39,499 nucleotides of DNA. Source: a virus. Its lineage: Duplodnaviria; Caudoviricetes. The DNA lies in IMG/VR virus record IMGVR_UViG_3300011439_000009, positions 1 through 39,499 of that record. One strand, 5' to 3'. Under the pieces are notes generated by a model. It was given only the letters and a program-made list of their open reading frames with translations, searched no databases and was not told where the DNA came from. Positions 26,169 to 34,195 of this stretch are shown here, piece after piece. The position numbers and the translations under genes are program-made. The first letter of the stretch is position 1, and every line of letters starts with the position of its first letter.

Positions 26169-26494
26169 GGGACGAGTGGCCGTATTTTTCCCGCAGCGAA
26201 TGGCTCAAGCTGTCGCTGGCGCTGCGCCAGAAATGGTGGCGGGAAACCAACTACGGCCTTCGCGCTCCGACGCCGGAGCTGCTGGACGAACTCAGCGCCT
26301 CGCTAGCCGTGGACCGGCGGCCCAAACACCCGCCAGCCGATCAGCAGGAACAGCACGAACAGCAGCAGGCTGTTGCCGAGCGGGCCGTGCGGCGAGACAC
26401 CGGCCCAGTTGAAATTCCAAGCCAGAGCGAACAGCAGCCAGATCAGCATGATGATCCAGAAGATCAGTCCAATCGACATGGTCGCCTCCCTTGA
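26165..26494 (+). CDS. Hypothetical protein; 3' half overlaps an antisense membrane-protein gene
   Basis: ATGA coupling; protein-like N-terminus (EWLKLSLALRQKWWRETNYG); the C-terminal half is the antisense image of 26303-26479. Confidence 0.45.
   Translation: MRDEWPYFSRSEWLKLSLALRQKWWRETNYGLRAPTPELLDELSASLAVDRRPKHPPADQQEQHEQQQAVAERAVRRDTGPVEIPSQSEQQPDQHDDPEDQSNRHGRLP
26303..26479 (-). CDS. 58-aa two-TM membrane protein
   Basis: MSIGLIFWIIMLIWLLFALAWNFNWAGVSPHGPLGNSLLLFVLFLLIGWRVFGPPVHG; GGGAGG RBS; not in the ORF track. Confidence 0.75.
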   Translation of the reverse strand: MSIGLIFWIIMLIWLLFALAWNFNWAGVSPHGPLGNSLLLFVLFLLIGWRVFGPPVHG

Positions 26495-26499
26495 GCCGT

Positions 26500-27090
26500 T
26501 TATTCAGCAGTCTCCGTCCAGACCACGTTGAGATTGAGCTGTGTCGCTGGCGCTGCGCCGCTGAAGCTAAGGCAGATCGCATGCGTGGCTGATCTGATCT
26601 CGGGCTGCGAGGTGTAGGGATTGTTCGCCTGCGCCGCGATCATCGCCAAGCTGCCGTCCGGCGAGCTGAGTGCGGTGCCAATGTCCCAGCGCAGCCGCCG
26701 GAACACCGATCCCTTCGGCGGTACGTCGGTGTTGCCCAGCGTGGTCGGGCTGACACTCCAGATTTTTAGCTTCGCCAGCGCCGCAGGGTGCGTCGGACTG
26801 CCGGACGTCGGCACCGCCTCGTTGCTGGTGCCGCCGACGTTCAGCGAGATGCGCCGCAGCGTCGTGACGTTGATCGTCGCAGCCGTCAGCGCGGTGCCGG
26901 ACAGGAACGCGCCGTTCAGCTTCACCACCCGGCCAGCTGCGCCCTCGACGCAAGCCACGTCGGTGGCGTTCGCTGGCACCGACCAATCGATGCCGGATGC
27001 GTAGTATGTTGGAACGCCAACGGACGGGAACGGCTGCGCGAGAGCGGACGTCGAGAACAGGAATAGTAGAAACGCGAGAAAACTTTTCAT
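26500..27090 (-). CDS. Signal-peptide-bearing beta-rich protein of unknown function
   Basis: MKSFLAFLLFLFSTSALA|Q is a Sec-type signal with A-L-A cleavage site; ATGA overlap. Confidence 0.7.
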   Translation of the reverse strand: MKSFLAFLLFLFSTSALAQPFPSVGVPTYYASGIDWSVPANATDVACVEGAAGRVVKLNGAFLSGTALTAATINVTTLRRISLNVGGTSNEAVPTSGSPTHPAALAKLKIWSVSPTTLGNTDVPPKGSVFRRLRWDIGTALSSPDGSLAMIAAQANNPYTSQPEIRSATHAICLSFSGAAPATQLNLNVVWTETAE

Positions 27091-27455
27091 CGTCGCATCC
27101 CCAGTTGCGGTGGCACCATCGGCTGCGCCCCGCCGCCGGGTGCTGGCGCGGCAACGCCGGGAGGCCCTTCGCCAGCGCCAGCTCCCGCGCCGGGCATCAC
27201 TTGAGCAAGGGCCGCCTGAATTTGCTCAGGTGTCGCCGGAACGCCTGTCATCGCCTCGATCTGCTGCGCGATCATCTGGATCATCTGCATGATCTGATCA
27301 CCGCCCGCGCCCGGTGCCTGCGGCGCAGCCGGTGCCGCGATCCCCGGTCCAGCTGGAGCCGCAATCGGGCCGCGACCCTGCATCGTCGCCATCGGCATCT
27401 TGCCGGGCGCTGCGATGTTTTGCATCTGCTGCGCCATCGTCGAGAAATTCTGCAT
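27087..27455 (-). CDS. Low-complexity Met/Gln/Pro/Gly/Ala-rich protein
   Basis: MQNFSTMAQQMQNIAAPGKMPM...; AAGGGG RBS. Confidence 0.7.
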   Translation of the reverse strand: MQNFSTMAQQMQNIAAPGKMPMATMQGRGPIAAPAGPGIAAPAAPQAPGAGGDQIMQMIQMIAQQIEAMTGVPATPEQIQAALAQVMPGAGAGAGEGPPGVAAPAPGGGAQPMVPPQLGMRR

Positions 27456-27469
27456 GGGACGCCCCTTGG

Positions 27470-28933
27470 TTACTGCGACTGTATCACGCTGCCCTGCGGC
27501 TTGTATGCCTCGTAGGCCGCGCCGCCCGCCGTCGGGATGCCGAGCAGCCACGCCGCATGCTCACGGCCCATCAGCACCTTGTCGCGCATCGTCGCCGGAT
27601 CGAGGCCCAGCTTCTTGGCGCGTTCCCAGATCATCTGCGACAGCAGCTCCAGCTTCGGTGCGCCGATAGCCGTATCGACGCCGGTCTGCGGCGCGTAGAC
27701 GCCCCACTGGAAGCCTTGCGCCGGGACCGCCTCGATGCCCATCGGCTTGGCGACGTTCTCGCGATACCACGGACCCAGCTCGCCGTACTCCGGCCCCTTC
27801 AGCGAGACGCCGGGGTTCGCGGTGGTGCGAACGTCGCCGACGCCGACCGAGCGGCCCCAGTGCGCGTCCGGCACCGGCAGCTTGGTCTGGAAGCCGGTCT
27901 GCGGGACGCCGGAGGCCTGCATGTACAGCGGCACCTTCGGCTGGCTCATCTCGACCTTGCCGGTTTCCAGATATCGACCGACCGGGCCGCCCTGCGCCGT
28001 CGAGTGATACGGATGCGGGATCACGTCGCGCAGTTCCGGCGGGAAATCCGCGCCGCGCTTATCGACGGCGGTGCCGCCGTGCTGCAAGAATTTATCCCAC
28101 TCGCCGCGATTGATCATCATCCGGGCTGCGGTGCCACGGTTCAGCTCCGACGTCACCGGAGACGCCGGAGAAAACATCGGCACCACCGTGTTGAACTGGT
28201 TGTACTGCTTGATCGCCTCCTCGCGACCGACCAGCTGCTCCAGCCGCTGGAACGCCGGGTCCATGACGTACCAGCTCTGCATGCCGTGAACTAAGCCGGG
28301 ATATTTCTGCGCCTCCGTCAGCGTATCGATCTGCCGCTGCGCGTTGCGCGGGTTCATCAGCGCGTCGGAGACGTAGGAACCCTGCGGCCCCTTCGCTGGC
28401 ATCTTGTAGCTCGGCTCGATGTTGCCCTTGCGCGTCCCGCGTTCGCCGATCTCGTACAAGTCCTCGCGCGTCACGCCGAACAATTCCTTCATCGCCGGAT
28501 GCTCGGGCGCGACGTTCTCCGACGCCTCTCGCGCGATTTCATCTGGCCGCTTGTAGACGCCCGGCTTCAGGATGCGCTGCGCGTCATCGATGCCAAATCC
28601 CTTCAGCACCTTCTGCATCTGCTTGAACGACGGCACCTTCGCCGCCTCCGCCTCGCTCGCCGTCGCGGTGATCCCTGCCGCGCCCAGCCCGACCCGCACC
28701 GCCTTCGGCAGCTGCGCCAGCGCCCGTCCGGCGAGGCCGACGCCCGGCCCCAGCGCCATCATGCCGTATTCCCACGGCTCCTTCGGGATCAGAAAATCCG
28801 CCACCGCCTCCAGCTTGTTGTTGCCCGGCCCGACGTTGCGGTACTTGCGCGACTGCGCGAACGCCGCCCGCTCTGCTGCGCTCGGCTCCTGCGGCAGCGG
28901 CCACGCCACGTCGGTTTCATATCTCTCAGCCAT
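27470..28933 (-). CDS. Post-portal cargo protein with a putative HhH-glycosylase-like (polyvalent-protein-type) domain
   Basis: Start MAERYETD at 28933; motifs SWY, FSP.SPV..E, PKV..Y, VPDAHWGR, AQGFQW. Function is inferred. Confidence 0.55.
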   Translation of the reverse strand: MAERYETDVAWPLPQEPSAAERAAFAQSRKYRNVGPGNNKLEAVADFLIPKEPWEYGMMALGPGVGLAGRALAQLPKAVRVGLGAAGITATASEAEAAKVPSFKQMQKVLKGFGIDDAQRILKPGVYKRPDEIAREASENVAPEHPAMKELFGVTREDLYEIGERGTRKGNIEPSYKMPAKGPQGSYVSDALMNPRNAQRQIDTLTEAQKYPGLVHGMQSWYVMDPAFQRLEQLVGREEAIKQYNQFNTVVPMFSPASPVTSELNRGTAARMMINRGEWDKFLQHGGTAVDKRGADFPPELRDVIPHPYHSTAQGGPVGRYLETGKVEMSQPKVPLYMQASGVPQTGFQTKLPVPDAHWGRSVGVGDVRTTANPGVSLKGPEYGELGPWYRENVAKPMGIEAVPAQGFQWGVYAPQTGVDTAIGAPKLELLSQMIWERAKKLGLDPATMRDKVLMGREHAAWLLGIPTAGGAAYEAYKPQGSVIQSQ

Positions 28934-28959
28934 CACTGCTGCCCCTGCTGCCGCGCCAT
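28933..28959 (-). other. 8-codon mini-ORF (MARQQGQQ) coupled by TGATG overlaps to both neighbours
   Basis: Minus strand ...AGCCAG TGA TG GCG CGG CAG CAG GGG CAG CAG TGA TG GCT... Confidence 0.6.
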
Positions 28960-29948
28960 CACTGGCTCCCCTGCGGTTGATAGACCGACGCCGCACCGCC
29001 GACCATGCCGGGGATCGCCAGCTTCCGCATGATCTCGATGATGTCGGGATTGTTGACGACGTAGTTGTAGGTGCGAGGGTATCGCGCCACCTCGTCGCGT
29101 ATCTGCCGGTCAGCTTTCTCGACCATGTCGCGGTAGTGCTGGACCTCCCAAGCCGGAGCGCCCTTCGTCTCGGCTTCATGCAAGTTGACGCGCTGCCGCG
29201 CCAGATGCTCGTAGGCCGACTGTGCTGCGACCGGCGTTCGTGACGCCGCGTCGGCGTAGCGGATGCCGGGGATGCCAGCGTCTCGCATTGCGTCCATCGT
29301 CTTGTCGGGGCCACCGCTGCGGAATGCGAACTCTCCGGTCGCGTATTCCGGGTTCTTCACCATGTCGTAGAGCTGATCCTGCCGCGCCTTGCTGGTCGCC
29401 GACAGCACCCGGCTGTAGGCCTCCTCCTTCGCGGCATCGAGCAGCTGCGGCACCTTCTTGGTGATGTGCGGCTGCGATCCCAGCATCTCGTCCCACTGCA
29501 AGAAATCATCCGGCTTCGCCTTGATGCCCAGCTCGTAGACGCGGGGGCCGACTTGCTTGTCGGAGGCGAGCAGATCGCGAACCTCCTGAAGCCGTGGCAA
29601 CTGCGGTGCATTGTGCGAGCGGCCTATCGCCTCGTTGACCATCGCGAGAGCGGCCTTCCGGTCGCCGCCGAGATGCTCAAGGTACTGCACCGCATGCGAC
29701 ATCACCGGATCGACGCCGGGACCGCTGCCGGTGAAATGCCCGGCGAACTCCTTCCAATACTCGCCGCCGACGCCGCTGACCTTCGGACTTTCCGCCGCGT
29801 AGATGCCCGGCCCGTAGCTCGCCGCGCCTTGGCCGGTGCCGATCTTGCTGAGATCGAACTTGTCGAAATCGTGCGGTGACGCATGCCACGCCTTGATCTT
29901 CGGCAGCAGCGCCCCGACGGTTTCAAGCAGCGGCTTGACGCCAGCCAT
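28959..29948 (-). CDS. ADP-ribosyltransferase-like (ART-PolyVal-type) domain protein
   Basis: WHASPHDFDKFD...GTGQG..SYGPGIYAAE, VYELGI, GIPGIRY.D and NYVV..P.II motifs. Confidence 0.7.
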   Translation of the reverse strand: MAGVKPLLETVGALLPKIKAWHASPHDFDKFDLSKIGTGQGAASYGPGIYAAESPKVSGVGGEYWKEFAGHFTGSGPGVDPVMSHAVQYLEHLGGDRKAALAMVNEAIGRSHNAPQLPRLQEVRDLLASDKQVGPRVYELGIKAKPDDFLQWDEMLGSQPHITKKVPQLLDAAKEEAYSRVLSATSKARQDQLYDMVKNPEYATGEFAFRSGGPDKTMDAMRDAGIPGIRYADAASRTPVAAQSAYEHLARQRVNLHEAETKGAPAWEVQHYRDMVEKADRQIRDEVARYPRTYNYVVNNPDIIEIMRKLAIPGMVGGAASVYQPQGSQ

Positions 29949-31922
29949 CTACAGCCCCGGTGGTTGGCCTTGTGGCGCGGCGGGGAATTGTCCTCCGGCG
30001 AGCTGCTCCGCCGGGTTGGGTTGTGGCGGCGGCTGCAACGGCGCACCGACGCCGGGCGACGGGCCTCTCATCCCGCCGTCCGGCACCGGCACCCCTTGGT
30101 TGTTGCTCTCATCGGTGTCCAGCAAGTCTGCCAGCCCAAGCAAGTGCGGCTCGTAGGGCAGCGTGGCTGGCGAGATCGCACCCTGCGAGACGTTCAGCAT
30201 CGCATCGGTCATGTTCTTGATAGCCTTGCTCTTCGTCTCCATCACCTTGGCGTCCTCGCTCTCCAGCGCAATCGCCTTGGCCTTCTCCTTCATCGGATCG
30301 GAAGCCTGCGCCTCCTCCATCTGCTTCAGCCACTTTTTCTTGATGCGCGAATTGATCGGAGCCAGCTCGATCAGCAATCCCGGCGGCACCTCTGCGCCGC
30401 GCGAGGCCAGAACGCCCAGCGTGTCGAACGCATCCTGCATCTGGTTCACGGTGTCGCTGCCCTCGTCGATGATCACGTCAACGTCGATGGCGGCCATGCT
30501 GTTGACGGTCTGCGGTGTGCCGTAGGTCGGATCGGAGCGGATGCCGTTGATCTGCAGCATCTGCATCTCGTCGTCGGGATCGGTCACCCTGATCCACCGT
30601 TCCATCGTCCAGTGCTTCTTCGCCGCGCAGAATACCGCGCGATAGACCCGCAGCTTCCAATCCTTGTACTCGATGATGTACGTCCCCAGCTCGGCGATCC
30701 CGGCCTGCTGCAGCAGCGCGATGGCGCGTCCACTCTTCGCGCCCTCCGCCATCCCCATCAGCGCCGGGTTGGGTCCGAAATTCTCCATCTCGGCCTTGGC
30801 GTCCTCGAGAAAGCGCAGCTGGCCCTGCATGTCGGCCAGCGACTTGGCGTCGTCGAACTCCGGCTTCTCGGCATCCCACTCGATCACGCCGTCGGTCTTT
30901 TGCGCCTCCGCCCTCGTCTTGTTGACGTCAACGCTGCCGCGCCGGACGATCATGCGCCGCGTGTTGAGCAGATGCAGTGCCTTGCTGTAGCGGTGATTGG
31001 TTTCGTCTTGCGTGTCCTTCATGTCGCGGAAGAACCCGTAGCGGTCGCCGTCCTGATCGACGTTGGCGGAGAACATGATGAACTTGCTGATCGGCTTGCC
31101 GTCGGGATCGACGAACGGCGACAGCCCCTCCATCAGCACCAGCGACTTGGTGTGCAGCGCCCAGCACCACTGGCCGTTTCTAAAGTACCAGTGATCGACG
31201 AGGCGAACCCGCTTGCGCTTGCTGTCGTACCAGCGGACGGTGCGCTTCTCGTCGTCGCGCGTCCCCTCGCTGTCGTTGGTGGTGGCGATCTCGTCCCACT
31301 TGTCGGGCGGGCAGAACGTCTTGGCGATCTCCATGTCCACCCACTTGGCTGTTCCCATGAACAGGCAGTCGGTGAAATCCGCCTCGAATGAAACCGGGTC
31401 GTAGAAGAATGCGTCGGTCGGCACCCGCGCCTGCGTGACGTCGTAGTCGCCCTGCTTGCTGTTCTCCAGCCCCAGCTCCAAGCCGCCCAGCCCCTCCTTC
31501 GCAACGTCGCTGGCGATCTTGCTCGACAGGCTTTCCCAGCGGTTGTTGTCGAGGACGTAGCGGATCGCAGCCGTCGCGATGTCAGCCGAGCCGTCGTCCT
31601 TCGGATTGCGCGGATAGCATTTCGGGTCTTGCCGCATCCGCTCGACGAGGCCGACCACGCCGTTGATCTTGCGCTTGATGCGGTTGCGTGTGATCGGCGG
31701 CTGGTTACGCCCCTTCAGCTTCTTCAGCTCGTCGGCGGTCCACTGCGAGCCGGAGTAGTAGGCGCGAGCCGTCCCCTTCTCTTCGATCTCGTTCGACTTG
31801 GTGTTGTAGTAGTTCTCATGCTGCTTGGTCAGCTCATCGACGTCGAGGTAGGGCGCGGTGTCCTCATCTTTCGGCGTGGGTCGGGTTTCCTCCTGCACGG
31901 AGGATTGATGGACGTCCGACAT
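29949..31922 (-). CDS. Portal protein (P22-like)
   Basis: YYSGSQW...RNQPPITRNRIKRKINGVVG; YGFFRDMKD.QDE.N; SGRAI; follows terL. Confidence 0.92.
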   Translation of the reverse strand: MSDVHQSSVQEETRPTPKDEDTAPYLDVDELTKQHENYYNTKSNEIEEKGTARAYYSGSQWTADELKKLKGRNQPPITRNRIKRKINGVVGLVERMRQDPKCYPRNPKDDGSADIATAAIRYVLDNNRWESLSSKIASDVAKEGLGGLELGLENSKQGDYDVTQARVPTDAFFYDPVSFEADFTDCLFMGTAKWVDMEIAKTFCPPDKWDEIATTNDSEGTRDDEKRTVRWYDSKRKRVRLVDHWYFRNGQWCWALHTKSLVLMEGLSPFVDPDGKPISKFIMFSANVDQDGDRYGFFRDMKDTQDETNHRYSKALHLLNTRRMIVRRGSVDVNKTRAEAQKTDGVIEWDAEKPEFDDAKSLADMQGQLRFLEDAKAEMENFGPNPALMGMAEGAKSGRAIALLQQAGIAELGTYIIEYKDWKLRVYRAVFCAAKKHWTMERWIRVTDPDDEMQMLQINGIRSDPTYGTPQTVNSMAAIDVDVIIDEGSDTVNQMQDAFDTLGVLASRGAEVPPGLLIELAPINSRIKKKWLKQMEEAQASDPMKEKAKAIALESEDAKVMETKSKAIKNMTDAMLNVSQGAISPATLPYEPHLLGLADLLDTDESNNQGVPVPDGGMRGPSPGVGAPLQPPPQPNPAEQLAGGQFPAAPQGQPPGL

Positions 31923-31937
31923 CGATAACCCCTTGGA

Positions 31938-33365
31938 TCACAACGCCTTGTCGAATGCGCGTTCGTACTCCGGCAGCGCCACAGTATAGCCAGTAATCGC
32001 GCCGCTGTCCCGCTTCGGTTTTGGTTCGCCAAATACCACCTTGTCGAGCAGCTGGCCGATCAGTCCCAATGCGTCCACCTGATCGTCGTGCTTGCCCGCC
32101 GGGAACGACAGCAGCTCGCGCTCAAATTCCGCGTACCACGGTGCGGCCACCGGAACGTGCAGCTTGTTCAGCGCCATCCGGCCTTGGATCGACCGCGCCC
32201 TCGTCGCCTTGTCGCCGCGCGTCGGGAACGCCTCCCGCACGACGTAGGCAGACCGCGCTCGCATCCGCATATCGAGGAACGGCCCGACGCCGCTCTTGAT
32301 TTGCCCCTGCTCCTCGGCTGCGTATAGCGGCTTCCAGCGCCTAACCAGATCGCAGAACTGCTCTATCCAGATGTCTGACGCCGTCTGTCCACGCCACAGG
32401 TCGAGCAGGAACATCTCGCCCGCCGGATCGAGGCCGACCACGACGTGAACCGTGTAGTCGCCGCCGTCCGACGTCACCGCATAGTCCGATCCCATGTAGA
32501 CCCGCATGCGCTCAAGCGGCGGCGCTCGGTCGTAAGGCTTCAGCCAGCTGCGGTTGAAGAAATTGCCCTCGTCGGGCGTCGGGTGCTGCTGGTACAGCGC
32601 CGACCAGTTGCGAGCTGGCTGCGTCAGCTTCGCGGTTCGCATCACCTCGGCGTAGCCGTAGTCGTCGTCGGCCCACAGGTACTCGCCCGGCATGCGACCG
32701 AGCGGATCGTTCTCTTCGGCTTCAGCCGGGATCGAGATCACCTCCCAGCGGCTGCTCTTCTCGGCGAGGATGCGGGCGGCGAGATCGTCCTCATGCCAGC
32801 GCGTCATGATCAACACGATGCGCCCGCCGGGCCTCAGTCGAGGAAGGAGATCAGATTTGTACCAATCCCAGTGACGGTCCCGAAGCAGCTGACTATCGGC
32901 ATCCGCCCGGCTTCGCACTGGATCGTCAATGATTGCAATGTCTGCGCGGAAGCCAGCAATACCAGTATCGACGCCTGCGGCGTAGTATTCGTTGTCCGTC
33001 TCAGTAGCCCAACGACCCGCTGCAGAACTGTCGCCGGACACCTTGAGGTCGAGAACGTCACCATGCTCGACAACAAGGTTTCGTACCCGCCGACCGAAAC
33101 GCTCTGCCAGCTCCGTTGTGTGTGACGCTGCGATAATCTTGCAGCCTCGAATGCGCTGAAGAACCCACGAAGGGAAAACGATGGAGCCATAGGTACTCTT
33201 CGCGCTGCCGGGTGGAAGGAAGAGGGCCAGCCGATCTATGTGGCCGCTAGCTATCGCCTCCAGCCGGTTCAGCATCAGGCGATGATGCTTCGCCGGTTTG
33301 TATTGGAGATGCTCCGCCCACGCCGTCAATGATTGTCGTACCTTGCGTGACGTCTGTAGCTGCAT
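31938..33365 (-). CDS. terL: Terminase large subunit
   Basis: Walker A-like PPGSAKST, Walker B IIDDP, MTRWHEDDL, nuclease GSD...DYT and FPAGKHDDQVDA. Start uncertain (33365 has a GGGAG RBS; 33275 is an alternative). Confidence 0.93.
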   Translation of the reverse strand: MQLQTSRKVRQSLTAWAEHLQYKPAKHHRLMLNRLEAIASGHIDRLALFLPPGSAKSTYGSIVFPSWVLQRIRGCKIIAASHTTELAERFGRRVRNLVVEHGDVLDLKVSGDSSAAGRWATETDNEYYAAGVDTGIAGFRADIAIIDDPVRSRADADSQLLRDRHWDWYKSDLLPRLRPGGRIVLIMTRWHEDDLAARILAEKSSRWEVISIPAEAEENDPLGRMPGEYLWADDDYGYAEVMRTAKLTQPARNWSALYQQHPTPDEGNFFNRSWLKPYDRAPPLERMRVYMGSDYAVTSDGGDYTVHVVVGLDPAGEMFLLDLWRGQTASDIWIEQFCDLVRRWKPLYAAEEQGQIKSGVGPFLDMRMRARSAYVVREAFPTRGDKATRARSIQGRMALNKLHVPVAAPWYAEFERELLSFPAGKHDDQVDALGLIGQLLDKVVFGEPKPKRDSGAITGYTVALPEYERAFDKAL

Positions 33366-33774
33366 CAGATCGCGCTCCCACTGTGAGAGCTGCTCGAATG
33401 TGAGCGAGGGTGGCAGCGATGTCGCCGTCGCTAAGTCCGGCGAAGCTGTTGATGCTGGTGACGTTGACATTCTCGACAGCCTTCCCCCAACCACGGTTCA
33501 AGATTTCGGTTGCCGCTCTGATCTTGTCGGTGTGCGCCGCGTCCTTGTCCTTCAAGCAATCGACATACGCCTTCAACGACAGCCCGGTGTAGTCACGGGC
33601 GCGGAGGCCAAGGGGTCGGATGTCGCTGGCGTCGAACGCGACCGGCTCAAGCCGGACCTTCACCTCGCGAGCTGGCCCCGCTCTCCACTGCGGCCCCGGC
33701 TTCCGCCCAGCGCCGGGCCGTGCGCCGCCGCGACCGGGTCCAGATTGATTGTTCTCGTTAGTTCCCAATGACAT
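33247..33774 (-). CDS. terS: Terminase small subunit
   Basis: RGGARPGAGRKPG N-terminus; IRAATEILNRGWGKA motif; immediately upstream of terL. Confidence 0.8.
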   Translation of the reverse strand: MSLGTNENNQSGPGRGGARPGAGRKPGPQWRAGPAREVKVRLEPVAFDASDIRPLGLRARDYTGLSLKAYVDCLKDKDAAHTDKIRAATEILNRGWGKAVENVNVTSINSFAGLSDGDIAATLAHIRAALTVGARSDAATDVTQGTTIIDGVGGASPIQTGEASSPDAEPAGGDS

Positions 33775-33808
33775 CGTTGATTATTTGATTGTTCTGATTG
33801 CGGTTTCG

Positions 33809-33836
33809 ATTATCGCACGGCTTTAATCAAACAATC
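33809..33836 (-). promoter_or_regulatory. Putative late promoter (GATTnTTTGAT-N6-CGTGC-GATAAT) upstream of terS
   Basis: Extended -10-like TG-C-GATAAT; matches the element at 21790-21816. Confidence 0.55.
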
Positions 33837-33886
33837 AAAGGGGCCGGGTTTCCCCAGCCCCTTCCACAGGCGTGTCCCGTGAAACA

Positions 33887-34195
33887 TCAGCCTCGCAGCC
33901 GCTTCCTCGCGTAGTCGAGAGCGCATCGCAAGGTGCAGAACGGATCGGCGGTGCCGCTGCCCCAAGCGCCGTTCCAGATATCGACCAGCAGGACGTTATC
34001 GTTGGGTCCGTATGACTTGCCAAACATGGTGCCGGTGCTGCTGTGCGGGGCCATCTTGATTATGTCCCGGCGCACATGGGTGCCGGGGTTATCGGTGTTG
34101 GGCTGCGGCTCCCCGCGAGGCCACACCAGACATTCGCGGATGGTCTTGCGCTGTCCGTAAGCCTTGCCGCAGTGGACGCAGATCGGGCGGCTCAT
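33887..34195 (-). CDS. Putative zinc-binding protein
   Basis: CVHC ... FCTLRC pairs. Confidence 0.65.
   Translation of the reverse strand: MSRPICVHCGKAYGQRKTIRECLVWPRGEPQPNTDNPGTHVRRDIIKMAPHSSTGTMFGKSYGPNDNVLLVDIWNGAWGSGTADPFCTLRCALDYARKRLRG

Noticed and set aside
27470-29314. 614-aa version of the cargo ORF as given in the track
   Set aside because: The first 127 codons overlap the ART-like gene out of frame and look non-coding. The coupled ATG at 28933 is the more plausible start.
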